From positions 1 to 36,677 of IMG/VR virus record IMGVR_UViG_3300034170_000065: a stretch of 36,677 nucleotides of DNA. One strand, written 5' to 3'. Of this stretch, positions 35,405 to 36,677 are shown piece after piece; positions within the stretch are counted from its first letter, which is position 1, and the number at the start of each line of letters is the position of its first letter. This DNA is from a virus. Taxonomy: Duplodnaviria > Caudoviricetes. Under the pieces are notes generated by a model. It did not search any database and was not told where the DNA came from. It was given only the letters and a program-made list of their open reading frames with translations. The translations under genes and the position numbers were made by a program.

Positions 35405-35713
35405 TTACTGCGGCAGGTTCTTGATGCGCCTGCGCAGCTCCTCGACATCGGTAGCCTTGAAACGCCCCTCTCCGCTTTCGTACTTCTCGAAAAGGTCGTC
35501 GAAGGCCTCGACGATGAAGTCTTTCAGCGCAACACTTTCCGCGCTCATGTTCTTGAGTTCTTGCAGGCCCCGGGCGTAGCGGGGGTGGCCGTTGAAATAC
35601 ACTCGCTCAGTTTTCGCCCCGCCGAGGGCTTCGATCGCGCGCACGTCATTCGCGCGTAGCGGAGGGGTCGCCGGCGCGCCAAACAGGGCGTCTTTGTTTA
35701 CCTTTCTGGTCAT
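35405..35713 (-). CDS. Centromere-binding protein, type Ib (ParG-like ribbon-helix-helix)
   Basis: Coupled to parA; flexible N-terminus, then TERVYFN (strand), PRYARGLQELK (helix), LKDFIVEAFDDLF (helix). Confidence 0.7.
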   Translation of the reverse strand: MTRKVNKDALFGAPATPPLRANDVRAIEALGGAKTERVYFNGHPRYARGLQELKNMSAESVALKDFIVEAFDDLFEKYESGEGRFKATDVEELRRRIKNLPQ

Positions 35714-36369
35714 TTCAATAGCTCCAGTACTTCAAGTGTGATCGCCTCGATCTCTATCCGCGCTTTATCGGTTGGCGGCAGATCCATGACGCTTAGGCCT
35801 TGGGCAACGCCTTGCGCGTAGGCTTGGCGGTGTACGGTTTGGCCCGCGAACACGTAGAAGCCCGTGGCGTCTAGCTGCTCTCTGATGCCGCGCTCGAGGA
35901 GGGTGTTGGGAATTGCTCGGCTGACGAGTAGCGAGCCCTTGGGTTGGCCGCCGCTGATCTCCTGGCGCTCCCTGATGACGTTGAGCGTCGCTTCGCACGC
36001 CCACAAGTCGTATGCGCTAGGCTGCACTGGCACGATAACGAGGTCGGCCACTTTGATGGCTGCGGCAGTCAGCACGTCGGTTTGCGGCAGGCCGTCGATG
36101 ATAACCACGTCATAGCGGCTCGACAGGCTTGGCAGATCGCGCGCAAGGTTCTTGCCCATGGAGATTACGGGGATAGCTCCCGGGTCTGACTCGCCGTCCT
36201 CGGCCTGGGCTCTGCGGGCCGTCCATCTTGTAGATGAGCTCTGCGGGTCGTGGTCGAGCAGCAGAACCTTGAGGCCATGCTTTACGCTAAGGCAGCTTGA
36301 TAGATTGGTAGCGATGGTGGTTTTGCCTACGCCTCCCTTTTCATTCTCTATCGCGACAACTTTTGCCAT
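35710..36369 (-). CDS. parA: ParA partition ATPase (short type Ib/ParF-like, 219 aa)
   Basis: KGGVGKTT, LLDHDPQ, YDVVIIDG, ADLVIVPVQPS; AGGAG RBS. Confidence 0.95.
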   Translation of the reverse strand: MAKVVAIENEKGGVGKTTIATNLSSCLSVKHGLKVLLLDHDPQSSSTRWTARRAQAEDGESDPGAIPVISMGKNLARDLPSLSSRYDVVIIDGLPQTDVLTAAAIKVADLVIVPVQPSAYDLWACEATLNVIRERQEISGGQPKGSLLVSRAIPNTLLERGIREQLDATGFYVFAGQTVHRQAYAQGVAQGLSVMDLPPTDKARIEIEAITLEVLELLK

Positions 36370-36405
36370 TGCTTGGTGCTCCTGGGTTTGTCGGGTTGTG
36401 CTCGC

Positions 36406-36434
36406 ATCATATGCGCAAAAACGCAAAGACGCAA
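36406..36434 (-). promoter_or_regulatory. parA promoter TTGCGT-N17-TATGAT embedded in the repeat array
   Basis: Hexamers at 36429-36434 and 36406-36411, 17-nt spacer. Confidence 0.65.
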
Positions 36435-36460
36435 ATACGTAAAAACGCATAAACGCAAAT
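36413..36460. repeat. 8-bp tandem array 4 (six units), parS/operator
   Basis: GCGCAAAA ACGCAAAG ACGCAAAT ACGTAAAA ACGCATAA ACGCAAAT. Confidence 0.85.
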
Positions 36461-36475
36461 ATCTTAGGCGCTGAC

Positions 36476-36505
36476 AAAATAAACAGTGCCGCCCGCGAGG
36501 GCGGT
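36476..36505 (-). terminator. Hairpin CCGCCC-N4-GGGCGG with a T-rich tail on the minus strand
   Basis: Minus strand ..CCGCCC-TCGC-GGGCGG-CACTGTTTATTTT; a plus-strand role is not excluded. Confidence 0.45.
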
Positions 36506-36677
36506 GTCCTTTCTCGCTTTGCCTTTAGTCCAGTTATTGCTAGGGATTTCTGCACGCTTAGGGGTGCTGATCCTTTCGTGTATAGCCGATCCTTTCTGGC
36601 ATTCCATCCTCACTGGTCTTTCTTGGCTACTCCCTATGGTTTCGTGCCAATCCTCTGCCTAACCCATTAATAATGGT

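Larger units (their letters stand above)
1..36677. mobile_element. Temperate telomere phage (linear plasmid prophage; N15-like replicon, VP882/phiHAP-1-like myovirus), near-complete genome
   Basis: Protelomerase at one end and parA operon at the other; repA, cI, Q, lysis, head and contractile tail modules; no integrase or host genes. Confidence 0.93.

Noticed and set aside
36413-36460. Repeat arrays as CRISPR or replication iterons
   Set aside because: No spacers; 8-bp units are too short for CRISPR repeats or typical iterons; no cas genes
36465-36606. Possible ~47-aa minus-strand ORF (MECQKGSAIHER..) upstream of parA
   Set aside because: Runs through a terminator-like hairpin with no recognisable features; a non-coding interpretation is preferred but not proven

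Overview
The window looks like an essentially complete (~36.7 kb) linear-plasmid 'telomere' prophage of the N15/PY54/VP882/phiHAP-1 type, in prophage orientation. A protelomerase gene sits at the left end, a parA plus RHH partition operon reads inward from the right end, and there is no integrase. Between them lie a primase-helicase repA, a cI-like repressor, an early operon (CII/YdaT-like, TraR, Q), a holin/SAR-endolysin/spanin cassette, a lambda-like cos/terminase/portal, a protease-capsid fusion and a P2-like contractile tail. A Pseudomonas-like host is inferred from recalled protein similarity, not shown. The most notable signals are: (1) a perfect LexA box controlling an orphan 86-aa ORF between tel and repA, paired with a repressor lacking the Ala-Gly autocleavage site, which suggests induction by an SOS-controlled antirepressor; (2) four dispersed 8-bp tandem arrays at repA, the late promoter region, cos/terS and parA; (3) a predicted antisense RNA over the repA leader; (4) a GGA-rich, terminator-ended non-coding stretch at the right end resembling an Rsm/Csr sponge RNA. 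All family calls come from motif recognition, without database searches.
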